Positions 9,942 through 18,729 of a stretch of 33,070 nucleotides of DNA are shown here, piece after piece. The DNA comes from an uncultured Armatimonadia bacterium (lineage in GTDB: Bacteria; Armatimonadota; Zipacnadia; Zipacnadales; UBA11051), in NCBI GenBank assembly GCA_964433395.1, contig CAYSRY010000003.1, positions 303 through 33,372 on the forward strand, given 5' to 3'. Positions within the stretch are counted from its first letter, which is position 1. Every line of letters starts with the position of its first letter. Both the position numbers and the translations under genes were made by a program. Below the pieces are notes generated by a model, which saw only the letters and a list, made by a program, of their open reading frames with translations, did not search any database and had not been told where the DNA came from.

Positions 9942-11096
9942 ATGAAAAGTAGCTTCTCCTCCGTTTCATTGGTGTTGGCGCTTTTCTACGCGATGGCGCC
10001 GCTGCGCGTGGATGCCACCGATTGGCCGACGCTCAGGCGTGATACCATGCGTTCCGGCATCTCCACTGATACCATCTTCCCCCCCATCCTGAGTGAAACG
10101 TGGTCTGTGCGAATTGGAAGCAGCGTTGATGCTTCACCGGCAGTCACGCAGGGCCGGCTCTATGTAGGAAATGCTGAGGGCGAGGTAATCTGCCTGAACG
10201 TAGCGGATGGGGCCAGCATCTGGCGAACTTCAACGCAGGGTGCCGTCGTGTCGTCACCCGCTGTCTATAATGGCACCGTGTTTGTTGGTTCCGTCGATCG
10301 CTGTCTCTATGCATTCGATGCGCTGAGTGGCAAAATCAGATGGCGTGTGCGTACATGGCTCCCAGTGGTTGCTTCGCCTCTGATATTGAACCGGTGTGTG
10401 TATATTGGCTCAATGGACGGCTCATTCAAATGCGTGAATGCTGCGGATGGAAACATTATCTGGGAGCAGAGCGCAGGGCCCGTCAGTGGTAGTGCGGCGG
10501 GATCAGAAAACGTTGTGTATTACGGGGACGAAGAGGGGAATGTTTTCGCTCGACAGGCTGATGATGGCGAACTCCTGTGGTCGGCGAAAGTTGAAGGTAG
10601 TATTATCCGGGCCCCGGTCGTCACCGAAACGCGCGTCATCTTTGGCGTAATGTCACCTTCGGCGCTGCGGGCGCCGAAAATAGATTATCTCATTGCATAT
10701 GAGCGCAACACTGGTGAAAAGATGTGGGCGCATAACGATCAGCATTCGGTGATGCACACGCCAATCGCTGATGCGGGGAGATTGTATTACGCGACAGTAA
10801 GCGGCTATACGTCGACGAGTACTCTCTTCTGCTGCCAGGTTGACGATGGAAGGCAATTGTGGAAGCGGAGCCTCGCAGGAGTCGCCGATAGTTCCCCCGT
10901 GCTGACTGCCGAATATTTGCTGATGGGTGTAAATGACGGTATATTCCATGTGTATGAAAAATCGGATGGCGCTGAGGTGCACAGTGTGCATGTTGGGGCG
11001 AAGATTTTCTCCACGCCCGCAATTGTGGATGGTGCGGTGTATTTCGGCTCGGGTGATGGTTTGCTGCATTGTCTCCGTTGTTCGGACAAACCCTGA
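9942..11096 (+). CDS. Secreted PQQ-like (BamB-like) beta-propeller repeat protein
   Basis: ATG 9942 gives the signal peptide MKSSFSSVSLVLALFYAMAPLRVDA. Propeller blades recur in the pattern xxVYVGSxDGxLYAxDAxxGxxxW (LYVGNAEGEVICLNVADGASIW, VFVGSVDRCLYAFDALSGKIRW, VYIGSMDGSFKCVNAADGNIIW, VYFGSGDGLLHCL). Confidence 0.8.
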   Translation: MKSSFSSVSLVLALFYAMAPLRVDATDWPTLRRDTMRSGISTDTIFPPILSETWSVRIGSSVDASPAVTQGRLYVGNAEGEVICLNVADGASIWRTSTQGAVVSSPAVYNGTVFVGSVDRCLYAFDALSGKIRWRVRTWLPVVASPLILNRCVYIGSMDGSFKCVNAADGNIIWEQSAGPVSGSAAGSENVVYYGDEEGNVFARQADDGELLWSAKVEGSIIRAPVVTETRVIFGVMSPSALRAPKIDYLIAYERNTGEKMWAHNDQHSVMHTPIADAGRLYYATVSGYTSTSTLFCCQVDDGRQLWKRSLAGVADSSPVLTAEYLLMGVNDGIFHVYEKSDGAEVHSVHVGAKIFSTPAIVDGAVYFGSGDGLLHCLRCSDKP

Positions 11097-11113
11097 AAAC
11101 CGGGATTTTTCAG

Positions 11114-12502
11114 CTATTTCCCAATGCAGAATCGCTCAAAAATGCGATTGATGATCTCCTCTGGCAGGCATTTGCCAATGATCTCGTCCAAGCTATCCAG
11201 CGAAGCTCGCAGGTCGGATGCCACGAATTCAACGGACTGCCCAAGTTCGATCGCTTTAGCCGCATCCGACAGCCCCTTGTCAGCTTGCTGCAATGCCTGC
11301 TCGTGACGGACGTTGGTAACCACAGTCTGGCCGTTGACACTCCCTGCGCCGTTCGACACAGATGATGCAATCATTTGCTCCAAGTCCTGGATGTGTGTGC
11401 CCACCTGTGCTGAGAGCCAGACGACAGGCGCAGACGTGCATGCGGCAACACTATCCGCTGAGGTGCCTGCCGGCAAATCTTCTTTGTTCATTACCACGAT
11501 ACTGCGTGTTGCATCAAGGCCTGCAAGTAGAGCCAGATCATCTGGATGCAGCGGTTGCGAACCATCAACGACAGCGAGCGCCAGATCAGCTCTGGCTATG
11601 GCCTGGCGGCTCCGATTGACGCCTTCAGCTTCGATGACGTCTTGCGTTTCGCGAATCCCAGCTGTATCAGCCAGACGAATGGGCACACCCGCGAGCGTCA
11701 TCTCATCCTCAACCACATCTCGAGTAGTTCCGGGGATGTGTGTAACGATGGCTCGATTGGCTCGCAGGAGTGCGTTCAGCAGGCTTGATTTGCCGACATT
11801 CGGTCTGCCAACAATCGCAACCATTACACCGTCCCTAAGTGAGCGCCCGCGCGCGGCAGTATCAAGAAGACGCGAAATCTGTTCGCGGAGCATCAGAACG
11901 TGGTGGCTTATCTCATCACGGGAGACAAGCTCTATATCGTGTTCGGAAAAGTCTATTGATGCCTCAATCTGAACAAGCAGCGAGATGATATTTTCGCGGA
12001 ATGAGTTCACTTCGTCTGACAGTTGGCCGGAAAGTTGTGAGATGGCTGCGGCCTGGCTTTCCTCAGTCTGTGCGTTAATCTCGTCGGCAACTGCTTCTGC
12101 TTGCGCCAGGTCTATGCGGCCAAAGTAATAGGCCCGTTTGGTGAACTCACCAGGATCCGCAAGCCGCGCACCAGCGTCCAGCATCAGCCGCAAGGCTGTG
12201 CGAACCGGTACGATGCCGCCATGGCAGTTGATTTCCACAACGTCTTGCGTTGTATAGGTGTGGGGAGCGCGCATCACTGTTACAATGACCTCGTCAACCA
12301 CACGTGCGCCGTCAATCAGATGGCCGTAGCAAGTCGTGAACGATCGTAGTTGACAAAGTGCGCGATCGCGTCGCGCGGGTTGAAAATGCTTGTCGACGAT
12401 CGCCAATGCATCCGGACCGCTCAGACGAACGATGCCAATGCCCGCTCGGCCCGGTGGAGTCGAAACCGCCGTAATCGTATCTTCAAAACGAGGTATATCC
12501 AT
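11114..12502 (-). CDS. mnmE: tRNA modification GTPase MnmE (TrmE)
   Basis: The protein starts MDIPRFEDTITAVSTPPGRAGIGIVRLSG at ATG 12502; the longer track ORF is an upstream extension. G-domain motifs are GRPNVGKSSLLN, DTAGIRE and NKED. The C-terminus is the diagnostic FCIGK. Confidence 0.93.
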   Translation of the reverse strand: MDIPRFEDTITAVSTPPGRAGIGIVRLSGPDALAIVDKHFQPARRDRALCQLRSFTTCYGHLIDGARVVDEVIVTVMRAPHTYTTQDVVEINCHGGIVPVRTALRLMLDAGARLADPGEFTKRAYYFGRIDLAQAEAVADEINAQTEESQAAAISQLSGQLSDEVNSFRENIISLLVQIEASIDFSEHDIELVSRDEISHHVLMLREQISRLLDTAARGRSLRDGVMVAIVGRPNVGKSSLLNALLRANRAIVTHIPGTTRDVVEDEMTLAGVPIRLADTAGIRETQDVIEAEGVNRSRQAIARADLALAVVDGSQPLHPDDLALLAGLDATRSIVVMNKEDLPAGTSADSVAACTSAPVVWLSAQVGTHIQDLEQMIASSVSNGAGSVNGQTVVTNVRHEQALQQADKGLSDAAKAIELGQSVEFVASDLRASLDSLDEIIGKCLPEEIINRIFERFCIGK

Positions 12503-12640
12503 ATTTGTATTGTGAGACTTTCCAAAGAGTTTTTCAATATGGAGGAGCAACCAAACGCGTAGATAGGCTGCTGGAGGAAATGACAATTCTGCCTTCGTTT
12601 TATAGCAGACGAATTTCCCGTTCACATTGTTTGGCAGGCC

Positions 12641-13516
12641 TTAAAGGTTGGCCAGAACAATCGCGACTACCGCAATGCCTATCCCTGCCCAGCCAAGGCG
12701 GCCCAGTTTTTCGTCCCAGACGAATGCAGCGAATGCGGTAGCCAGCGATAGAGCTACGGCTGCAAGAACCGGAAAAACCACTGAGGCGAGGAACAGATCA
12801 AGAACGTATAGTATCAGAAAGTTGGAAATCGCATTAGATGCACCGGCAGCAAGGCCCCAGCGAAGCTCGGAAGTGGTCATACCGTGCCGTCGCGTGCACA
12901 TCCAATACACCAAGCATAGCAGCGCAGCGATCGAGAAAAGAGTGGCCAGGTACAGAGGCCGTTCAGCGATGAGCTGCGTTGTTTGGAACCACTTGCCGAC
13001 AAGCAGACAAGCACCATTGAAAATGAACAGCCCAGCGAGTGTGGTGGTGTGCCGTAAGTCGAATTTGGGTGAATCTGCGCCATGATCAAAAGTAAGCATC
13101 GGCAATGCCACAAGCGCCAGTGCAATACCCAAGGTCTTCACCATGCCGGGGGTCTCGCCCCATATGAGCACTGCGCCCAGCAGCGGTACCAGAACAGAAA
13201 GTCTTACTACGGCCATCGAAACAGCAACGCCCTTGAAATTCATGGCTGGCAGTAGTAAGAAGTATGTCGTCACATAGAGACAGCCGCCGATGAGGCCGAT
13301 CTGAACTGCAAGCGAGGCGTAGGAAGTGTGCGATACCGCGGTGAAAACCCAGAAACACAGGGATGCAAATGTGTAGTTCACCACGCCTACAGCCACAGCA
13401 TCATGCCCATGCCTTTGAGCCCCCCGCACGAACAGAGAGAATGCTGTATTGAACAATATTGTCACTGCGAAAAGCAACATCTCAGCAGTCGCCACCGACG
13501 TTTTTGCGGGCGACAA
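12641..13516 (-). CDS. DMT-superfamily (EamA-like) polytopic permease
   Basis: The 291-aa ORF is almost entirely hydrophobic with about 10 predicted TM segments, the length and layout typical of EamA/DMT carriers. The start is uncertain: TTG 13516 or ATG 13480. Confidence 0.6.
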   Translation of the reverse strand: MSPAKTSVATAEMLLFAVTILFNTAFSLFVRGAQRHGHDAVAVGVVNYTFASLCFWVFTAVSHTSYASLAVQIGLIGGCLYVTTYFLLLPAMNFKGVAVSMAVVRLSVLVPLLGAVLIWGETPGMVKTLGIALALVALPMLTFDHGADSPKFDLRHTTTLAGLFIFNGACLLVGKWFQTTQLIAERPLYLATLFSIAALLCLVYWMCTRRHGMTTSELRWGLAAGASNAISNFLILYVLDLFLASVVFPVLAAVALSLATAFAAFVWDEKLGRLGWAGIGIAVVAIVLANL

Positions 13517-13590
13517 CTGCGCCCGAGATGATTGTCTGATGCATTGTGGGAGGACTCTTTACTCTTCCGGCGAATATCCAACTACGCGGC

Positions 13591-13610
13591 GACTATCGCC
13601 GACTATCGCC
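13591..13610. repeat. Perfect tandem duplication of a 10-mer (GACTATCGCC x2, followed by a partial third copy GAC) in the divergent intergenic region
   Basis: Read directly: gactatcgcc gactatcgcc gaca at 13591-13614, between the DMT gene (-) and the Lon-like gene (+). Confidence 0.9.
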
Positions 13611-13651
13611 GACACATCATAACACAGTCCAGGTGAAAGTGGTAAGCATAC

Positions 13652-16111
13652 ATGCGGGAACTCACCCCAAAGCAACTGAGGAAAGAGTGTGCCCTCAGCC
13701 TGTTTGATTTTGAGACTACCGAAGAGCTAAGTGATCTGCGCAATGTCATAGGACAACGCAGAGCGATGGGTGCACTCGAGTTCGCTGCCAATATTGGTAA
13801 TGATGGTTACAATGTATACGTCATGGGGCAGGTCGGGACTGGGCGATCATCAAGTTCGCGCAACTTCCTGGTTGCTCGTGCGAAACAGGAGCCAGTTTCT
13901 GATGACTGGTGCTATGTGTACAATTTTGCTGATCCTCGTGTGCCGAAAGCCGTCAACCTTCCTGCTGGGCATGGCGTCGAATGGCAAGCGACCATGCAGA
14001 AGGTTACTCGCGAATTGCTCAGCCAGGTCATGGGGGCTTTCGAAAGCGATGAGTACAACGAGAAACGCGACGACATTTTGCGCAGTTTTCGCGAAGAGCG
14101 CAATCTCGAACTCCAGGAGTTTGAGCGGGTTGTCGAAGAAGCCGGATTCACCCTCGGGCGTTCGCCGGCTGGCCTCATCGTTGCGCCCGCAGCAAACGGC
14201 GAAGTCATGGATCCGCAGGAATATCGAAAACTGACCGAAGAGCAGCGCAAAGCGCTCGAGGACAAGCGTCAGGAATTGCAGGGAATGCTGGCAGAGATCA
14301 TGCGGCGAGGCCAGCGTGAAGAGAAACTCACTCGCCAGCAGGTGCAGGCGTTGGACCGCGAGATTGCGCGCACTGTCATTGAGCCGCTACTCGAAGAAAT
14401 CCGGGAGAAAAATCGGGACTACGAGGCTGTTCTCAGGCATATTGATGACGTCGAAAATGATCTGCTCGAGAACATCAGCCGTGTCAGGCAGGCCACCGAA
14501 GATGGCGATGGCCAGACGCAGACGCCATTCGGTCCTCAGGGTAGTTCTGCAGGCGCAGTGCCGATGATGGATCGCTATCAGGTGAATGTCCTCATCAACA
14601 ATGCTGAACTTGAGGGCGCACCGGTCATTTTTGAAGCTAATCCCACACTGGAGGGGCTGACTGGTGAAGTCGAGCACCAGACCCAGATGGGAGCGCTCGT
14701 CACTGATTTCACGATGATCAAACCTGGTGCTCTCCACAAAGCCAACGGCGGGTATCTGCTGCTGGAAGTCCATCAGTTGCTCACGCGCCCTTACGCATGG
14801 GACGCGCTCAAACGTGCCATCAAAAATGAGCATATTCGCATTGAGTCGCTTCGCGACCAGTACCGATTCATATCTACAGTCAGTCTCGAGCCGGAACCAA
14901 TTCCATTGCAGGTCAAAGTCGTACTCATCGGCAACCCGATGCTCTATTACCTCCTCTACGAATATGACGAGGATTTCCGTAAGCTTTTCAAAGTCAAAGC
15001 TGATTTCGATAGCCAGGTACCGCGTACCGCCGCGACTTCACGTCAGTATGCCGCACTTGTTGGTGAGATATGCCGCCGTGAAAAACTCGCACATTTCTCG
15101 CCTGAGGCGGTTGCGAAAATCGTTGAGCATGGCAGCCGGCTCGCAGGCGATCAGCGCAAATTGAGCCTCAATTTCTCCACGATCAGCAATCTGGTCAAGG
15201 AATCGGCGTACTGGGCATCTACGGCCAAGCACGAGATCGTCGGTGCCGAGGATGTTGCAGAAGCACTCAGCCAGCAGATCTATCGCTCGAGCCGCATTGA
15301 AGAACGACTGACTGAGATGATTGCCGACGGCACCATCATGGTCGACGTCAAAGGCGAGAAGACGGGGCAGATCAACGGACTTGCAGTCATTCAGCTTGGC
15401 GACTACATGATGGGCAAGCCCAGCCGCCTGACCTGCAGGACATTCCCGGGACGCTCTGGTGTCGTGAATCTGGACCGAGACGCCAAAATGACTGGCAGAA
15501 TCCATGACAAAGGCCTGCTCACTATCACCGGTTTCCTTGGTGAACGTTTCGCCCAGGAAACTCCGCTCTCGCTTTCTGGGCACATATCGTTCGAACAGCT
15601 CTATGAGCAGCTTGATGGCGATTCCGCCTCCTCCACCGAGCTTTACGCGCTCTTGTCCAGTATTGCTGGCGTACCTATCAGGCAGGGCATTGCCGTCACT
15701 GGTTCGGTCAACCAGCTCGGCGAAGTACAAGCCATCGGCGGCGTCAACGCAAAGATCGAAGGATACTATGCAGTTTGCAAGGCCATAGGCCTGACAGGTG
15801 AACAGGGAGTCATAATCCCTGAAGCCAACCGTCCGCACCTCATGCTCAATGACGAGGTCATCAATGCAGTCGAAAGTGGTAAGTTTCACGTCTGGTCAGT
15901 GAAACACATTGACGAGGGAATAGAGATACTGACAGGCATCAAAGCCGGCCGACGTGGCAAATCTGGCCGGTACCCGAAGGGTACCATTAATGCACGTGTC
16001 CAGGCACGACTGGATGAATTTGCAGACACACTGAAGACTTCCGGAAAACCAGAAAACAACAATAGTAAGGCTGAAGAGAGCGGCAAGACAAACAATAACA
16101 AAGAAGAATAG
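13652..16111 (+). CDS. Lon-like serine protease of the LonC type (degenerate AAA+ module with a coiled-coil insertion and a Ser-Lys protease domain)
   Basis: The Walker-A-like motif GQVGTGRS (13826-13849) has Arg where the invariant Lys should be. The Walker B position reads GGYLLLEVHQL and lacks the DE pair. A charged coiled-coil insertion lies at about 14050-14400. The protease domain has GDSAS (15617-15631) and GGVNAKIEG, the Ser-Lys dyad context. Confidence 0.8.
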   Translation: MRELTPKQLRKECALSLFDFETTEELSDLRNVIGQRRAMGALEFAANIGNDGYNVYVMGQVGTGRSSSSRNFLVARAKQEPVSDDWCYVYNFADPRVPKAVNLPAGHGVEWQATMQKVTRELLSQVMGAFESDEYNEKRDDILRSFREERNLELQEFERVVEEAGFTLGRSPAGLIVAPAANGEVMDPQEYRKLTEEQRKALEDKRQELQGMLAEIMRRGQREEKLTRQQVQALDREIARTVIEPLLEEIREKNRDYEAVLRHIDDVENDLLENISRVRQATEDGDGQTQTPFGPQGSSAGAVPMMDRYQVNVLINNAELEGAPVIFEANPTLEGLTGEVEHQTQMGALVTDFTMIKPGALHKANGGYLLLEVHQLLTRPYAWDALKRAIKNEHIRIESLRDQYRFISTVSLEPEPIPLQVKVVLIGNPMLYYLLYEYDEDFRKLFKVKADFDSQVPRTAATSRQYAALVGEICRREKLAHFSPEAVAKIVEHGSRLAGDQRKLSLNFSTISNLVKESAYWASTAKHEIVGAEDVAEALSQQIYRSSRIEERLTEMIADGTIMVDVKGEKTGQINGLAVIQLGDYMMGKPSRLTCRTFPGRSGVVNLDRDAKMTGRIHDKGLLTITGFLGERFAQETPLSLSGHISFEQLYEQLDGDSASSTELYALLSSIAGVPIRQGIAVTGSVNQLGEVQAIGGVNAKIEGYYAVCKAIGLTGEQGVIIPEANRPHLMLNDEVINAVESGKFHVWSVKHIDEGIEILTGIKAGRRGKSGRYPKGTINARVQARLDEFADTLKTSGKPENNNSKAEESGKTNNNKEE

Positions 16112-16135
16112 GTTTGTACCGCTTAGACCTCTGAT

Positions 16136-16165
16136 AGGGGCGGCCTTATGGTACGCCCCTTTTTG
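16136..16165 (+). terminator. Rho-independent terminator after the Lon-like gene
   Basis: AGGGGCG (16136-16142) pairs with CGCCCCT (16154-16160) across an 11-nt loop. It is followed directly by TTTTT (16160-16164). Confidence 0.75.
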
Positions 16166-16202
16166 GACGTGTACGCGATAAACTTGCGATGTAGGTGACA
16201 CT

Positions 16203-17096
16203 ATGGATAGGCCTGAAAAGCCAGTTATTCGCGTTTCTAAGGCTTGGCTGGAGATGCTCAACCGTGTGAAAGACCAGCCAGGTCGTATTGTTATAATCGG
16301 CGCAGCTGACAGTGGCAAAAGTGTGCTTGCCCAATGGCTCCGGACAAAACTACCAGAATGGGGCTCCACCGCTGCAATTGATGGCGACGTCGGACAGTGC
16401 GAATTCGGTCCTCCAGGTGTCGTTACCAACTGGCTTGTTGGCCAACAGATGCGCCATTCATATTTTGTTGGTGACACAACTCCTGTTAGTCGGCCTGCCG
16501 CAGTTCTGAGTGCATTTGCGCGAAGCCTGCGCGACGTCGAAGCCTCCGGCGCCCGTTTCACCGTTATCAACACCACCGGCTATGTCGATGGTGACGGAGC
16601 AGTAGCACTTAAAACTGCCAAAGTTGAGATGCTCGCACCTGCTCACATCATCGTTCTTGGAGATAGTTCTGCTATGCGCAGGCTCCGCAAATGTTGGCAG
16701 GGGTACGAGGATGTCACAGTCACACCGGTTGGCCTAGCCGATAATCTCCGTACCAAGACCGCCGCTGAACGTCGCGAGAACAGGCGTGAACGCTTCGCTG
16801 ATGCCCTGCAGGGAAGCAATATGCGGTGGCTTGCACTGCGTGACATTGCGGTACAGACTATAACCGATGCGCCGCCGATTTCACCCGATGGAGGCCCATT
16901 GCTGGGCTTTGTCGATGAGCACCGTCGTCTTGTCTGTATTGGTATATTGCATGCAATTGACCATAAATCGCGCCGCTTGCTTGTCTACGCACCGGAGATC
17001 GTCGAGAGTGCGACTGGTGTTATTTTCGGAAATCTGTCACTGAATTCCGGTGGTTTCGAGATCGGACGCAGCAGGAGCGAAGGAAAAACACGATGA
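16203..17096 (+). CDS. Clp1/Grc3-family P-loop polynucleotide 5'-hydroxyl kinase-like protein (COG1341-like)
   Basis: Walker A is GAADSGKS (16299-16322). IDGDVGQCEFGPPGVV resembles the Clp1 D-x-D-x-GQ...PG segment. FTVINTTGYVDG resembles the Clp1/Grc3 I-N-T-x-G-W/Y Walker B region. The length (297 aa) matches archaeal-type minimal Clp1. Confidence 0.6.
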   Translation: MDRPEKPVIRVSKAWLEMLNRVKDQPGRIVIIGAADSGKSVLAQWLRTKLPEWGSTAAIDGDVGQCEFGPPGVVTNWLVGQQMRHSYFVGDTTPVSRPAAVLSAFARSLRDVEASGARFTVINTTGYVDGDGAVALKTAKVEMLAPAHIIVLGDSSAMRRLRKCWQGYEDVTVTPVGLADNLRTKTAAERRENRRERFADALQGSNMRWLALRDIAVQTITDAPPISPDGGPLLGFVDEHRRLVCIGILHAIDHKSRRLLVYAPEIVESATGVIFGNLSLNSGGFEIGRSRSEGKTR

Positions 17097-18058
17097 GCAA
17101 ACAGATGATAGCTGAATTGTCGCTCGGCGATGCAGTCTCGAGCACTTTTCTTGTCAATCAGAAAAGCCTTATTGATTTTCGCAACAAGGAAGGGCATTGG
17201 CTGAGCCTGGTATTGGCAGATCGCACTGGCACAATCTCAGGCAGGGCTTGGGACAATGCAACGGCGCTTGACAGTCTTTTCAAGCCTGGTGATGTTGTGG
17301 CCGTTGATGGACGGGTTGAGGAATACCGCGGTAATCTGCAGCTTATCATCAACGACCTGCGGCCGTGTGCCCCGGGCGAGTTCTCGAAAAGCGACTTCAT
17401 GCGCAGTAGCAAGCGGGATTCTGCGGTACTCATCGAAGCCGTTGGTTCTTTCATTGCCATGGTCACCAACCCCTATCTCAAAGCGCTTCTTGAAAGTTTT
17501 TTTGGTGCCCCGCAGTTCATCGAAGATTTCAGCACCGCCCCGGGCGCCAAGGGATTACACCATTCGCATATTGGAGGCCTGCTGGAGCATACAGTCGGAG
17601 TTGTCAAAATCCTGCTGACTGTGAGAGAATGCCATCCAGAACTGGATCTCGATATGCTTATCACGGGTGGCCTCTTACACGACATAGGAAAGCTTCAGGA
17701 ACTCACCGTGGATGTCGGTATTGATTACAGCGATGGTGGCCGACTGCTGGGGCACATTATATACACAGATCGAATGGTCAATGAGGCTATCAATACCATC
17801 AACGGATTCCCACAGGAGCTCGCAGATAGGCTCTGTCATGTGCTTATAAGCCATCATGGACAGAAAGAATACGGCGCACCGGTCGTGCCGATGACGGTCG
17901 AAGCGTGTGCACTGCATTATGCCGACAATCTCGATGCGCACGTGCAGTATTTTCAGCAGGTTGTTGAAGCCGGTGCGGCTTCTGGCAATAGATGGTCGGA
18001 GTATCAGAAGCTGTTTGACAGGTATATCTATATTGGCGACAGAAGAGATTCCCAGTAA
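17093..18058 (+). CDS. YhaM-like OB-fold plus HD-domain phosphohydrolase/3'-5' exoribonuclease
   Basis: The start overlaps the upstream stop (ATGA at 17093-17096). The N-terminal OB fold reads LVLADRTGTISGRAWDNA...GDVVAVDGRVEEYRGNLQLII. HD-domain motifs are HHSHIGGLLEHT, GGLLHDIGK and LISHHG. Confidence 0.8.
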   Translation: MSKQMIAELSLGDAVSSTFLVNQKSLIDFRNKEGHWLSLVLADRTGTISGRAWDNATALDSLFKPGDVVAVDGRVEEYRGNLQLIINDLRPCAPGEFSKSDFMRSSKRDSAVLIEAVGSFIAMVTNPYLKALLESFFGAPQFIEDFSTAPGAKGLHHSHIGGLLEHTVGVVKILLTVRECHPELDLDMLITGGLLHDIGKLQELTVDVGIDYSDGGRLLGHIIYTDRMVNEAINTINGFPQELADRLCHVLISHHGQKEYGAPVVPMTVEACALHYADNLDAHVQYFQQVVEAGAASGNRWSEYQKLFDRYIYIGDRRDSQ

Positions 18059-18111
18059 TCGCAGTAAGGTCAGACATTGGTTGAACCTTCGTTATATAGG
18101 GTGCGTCTACC

Positions 18112-18723
18112 ATGAGTGCAGGGTCCACAACTGGTCTCAGCAGGATTGAGGAGTTTGTCGAGCGTGCTCGTCAGGGCGACGTTGCGGCATTCGAGCACCT
18201 TGTAATCGAGTACAAAACAAAGATCTACAACTACGTCCTCCGCATGCTGGGTGACCATGAGGCGGCCGAGGACGTGGCGCAGGAAGCATTCATCAAAGCG
18301 TACGCCTCAATACGCAGTTTCAGGGGAGCATCGTCTTTCCAGACGTGGCTTTACCGCATTGCAGGCAACCTTGCAATAGACACGATGCGGAGACGAAAGT
18401 ATCGTCAGAACCACGTGTCGCTTGATCAGCCACTTCAGACTGGCGATGGAAGCGTGGAACGTGACGTTGAGGATAGCAGTGCAGGTCCACAGCAGCAGTT
18501 GCGCACTGTAGAACTGCAGAAAGTCGTACAGGATGCCATTCTCCAGCTTTCACCAAAGCTCCGTAATGTGATCATTCTCTATGAGTTGCAGGGGCTCAGC
18601 TATGAGGAGATTTCCGGTATCGTTGGAGCACCGCTCGGCACTGTCAAAAGCAGATTGTTCAATGCCAGAGAACAGCTCAAAAAGTTATTGGCTGATGAAA
18701 TAGACGACGATACAATCGGGTGA
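18112..18723 (+). CDS. ECF-type RNA polymerase sigma-70 family factor
   Basis: Region 2 reads FEHLVIEYKTKIYNYVLRMLGDHEAAEDVAQEAFIKAY. The region 4 HTH reads LSYEEISGIVGAPLGTVKSRLFNAREQLKK. The size is about 200 aa. Confidence 0.9.
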   Translation: MSAGSTTGLSRIEEFVERARQGDVAAFEHLVIEYKTKIYNYVLRMLGDHEAAEDVAQEAFIKAYASIRSFRGASSFQTWLYRIAGNLAIDTMRRRKYRQNHVSLDQPLQTGDGSVERDVEDSSAGPQQQLRTVELQKVVQDAILQLSPKLRNVIILYELQGLSYEEISGIVGAPLGTVKSRLFNAREQLKKLLADEIDDDTIG

Positions 18724-18729
18724 ATTAGG

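Noticed and set aside
11093-11113. 7-bp AU-rich inverted repeat CTGAAAA...TTTTCAG spanning the 17-nt gap between the convergent PQQ-protein and mnmE stop codons
   Set aside because: The stem is too short and too AU-rich to call a terminator with confidence. It partly overlaps the PQQ-protein stop codon and could be coincidental.
12503-12625. N-terminal extensions in the supplied ORFs (mnmE 12503-12625, ilvC 24554-24592, ilvN 26297-26341, PQQ protein 9831-9941, giant protein 252-278, 30229-30297)
   Set aside because: Conserved family N-termini, signal peptides and Shine-Dalgarno sequences all point to the internal start codons used in the feature table.
18081-18109. ECF-type promoter-like motif TGAAC-N17-CGTC just upstream of the ECF sigma gene
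   Set aside because: The -10-like CGTCTA ends only 2 nt before the ATG at 18112. The transcription start would therefore fall inside the ORF, and no alternative downstream start codon fits the conserved sigma N-terminus.
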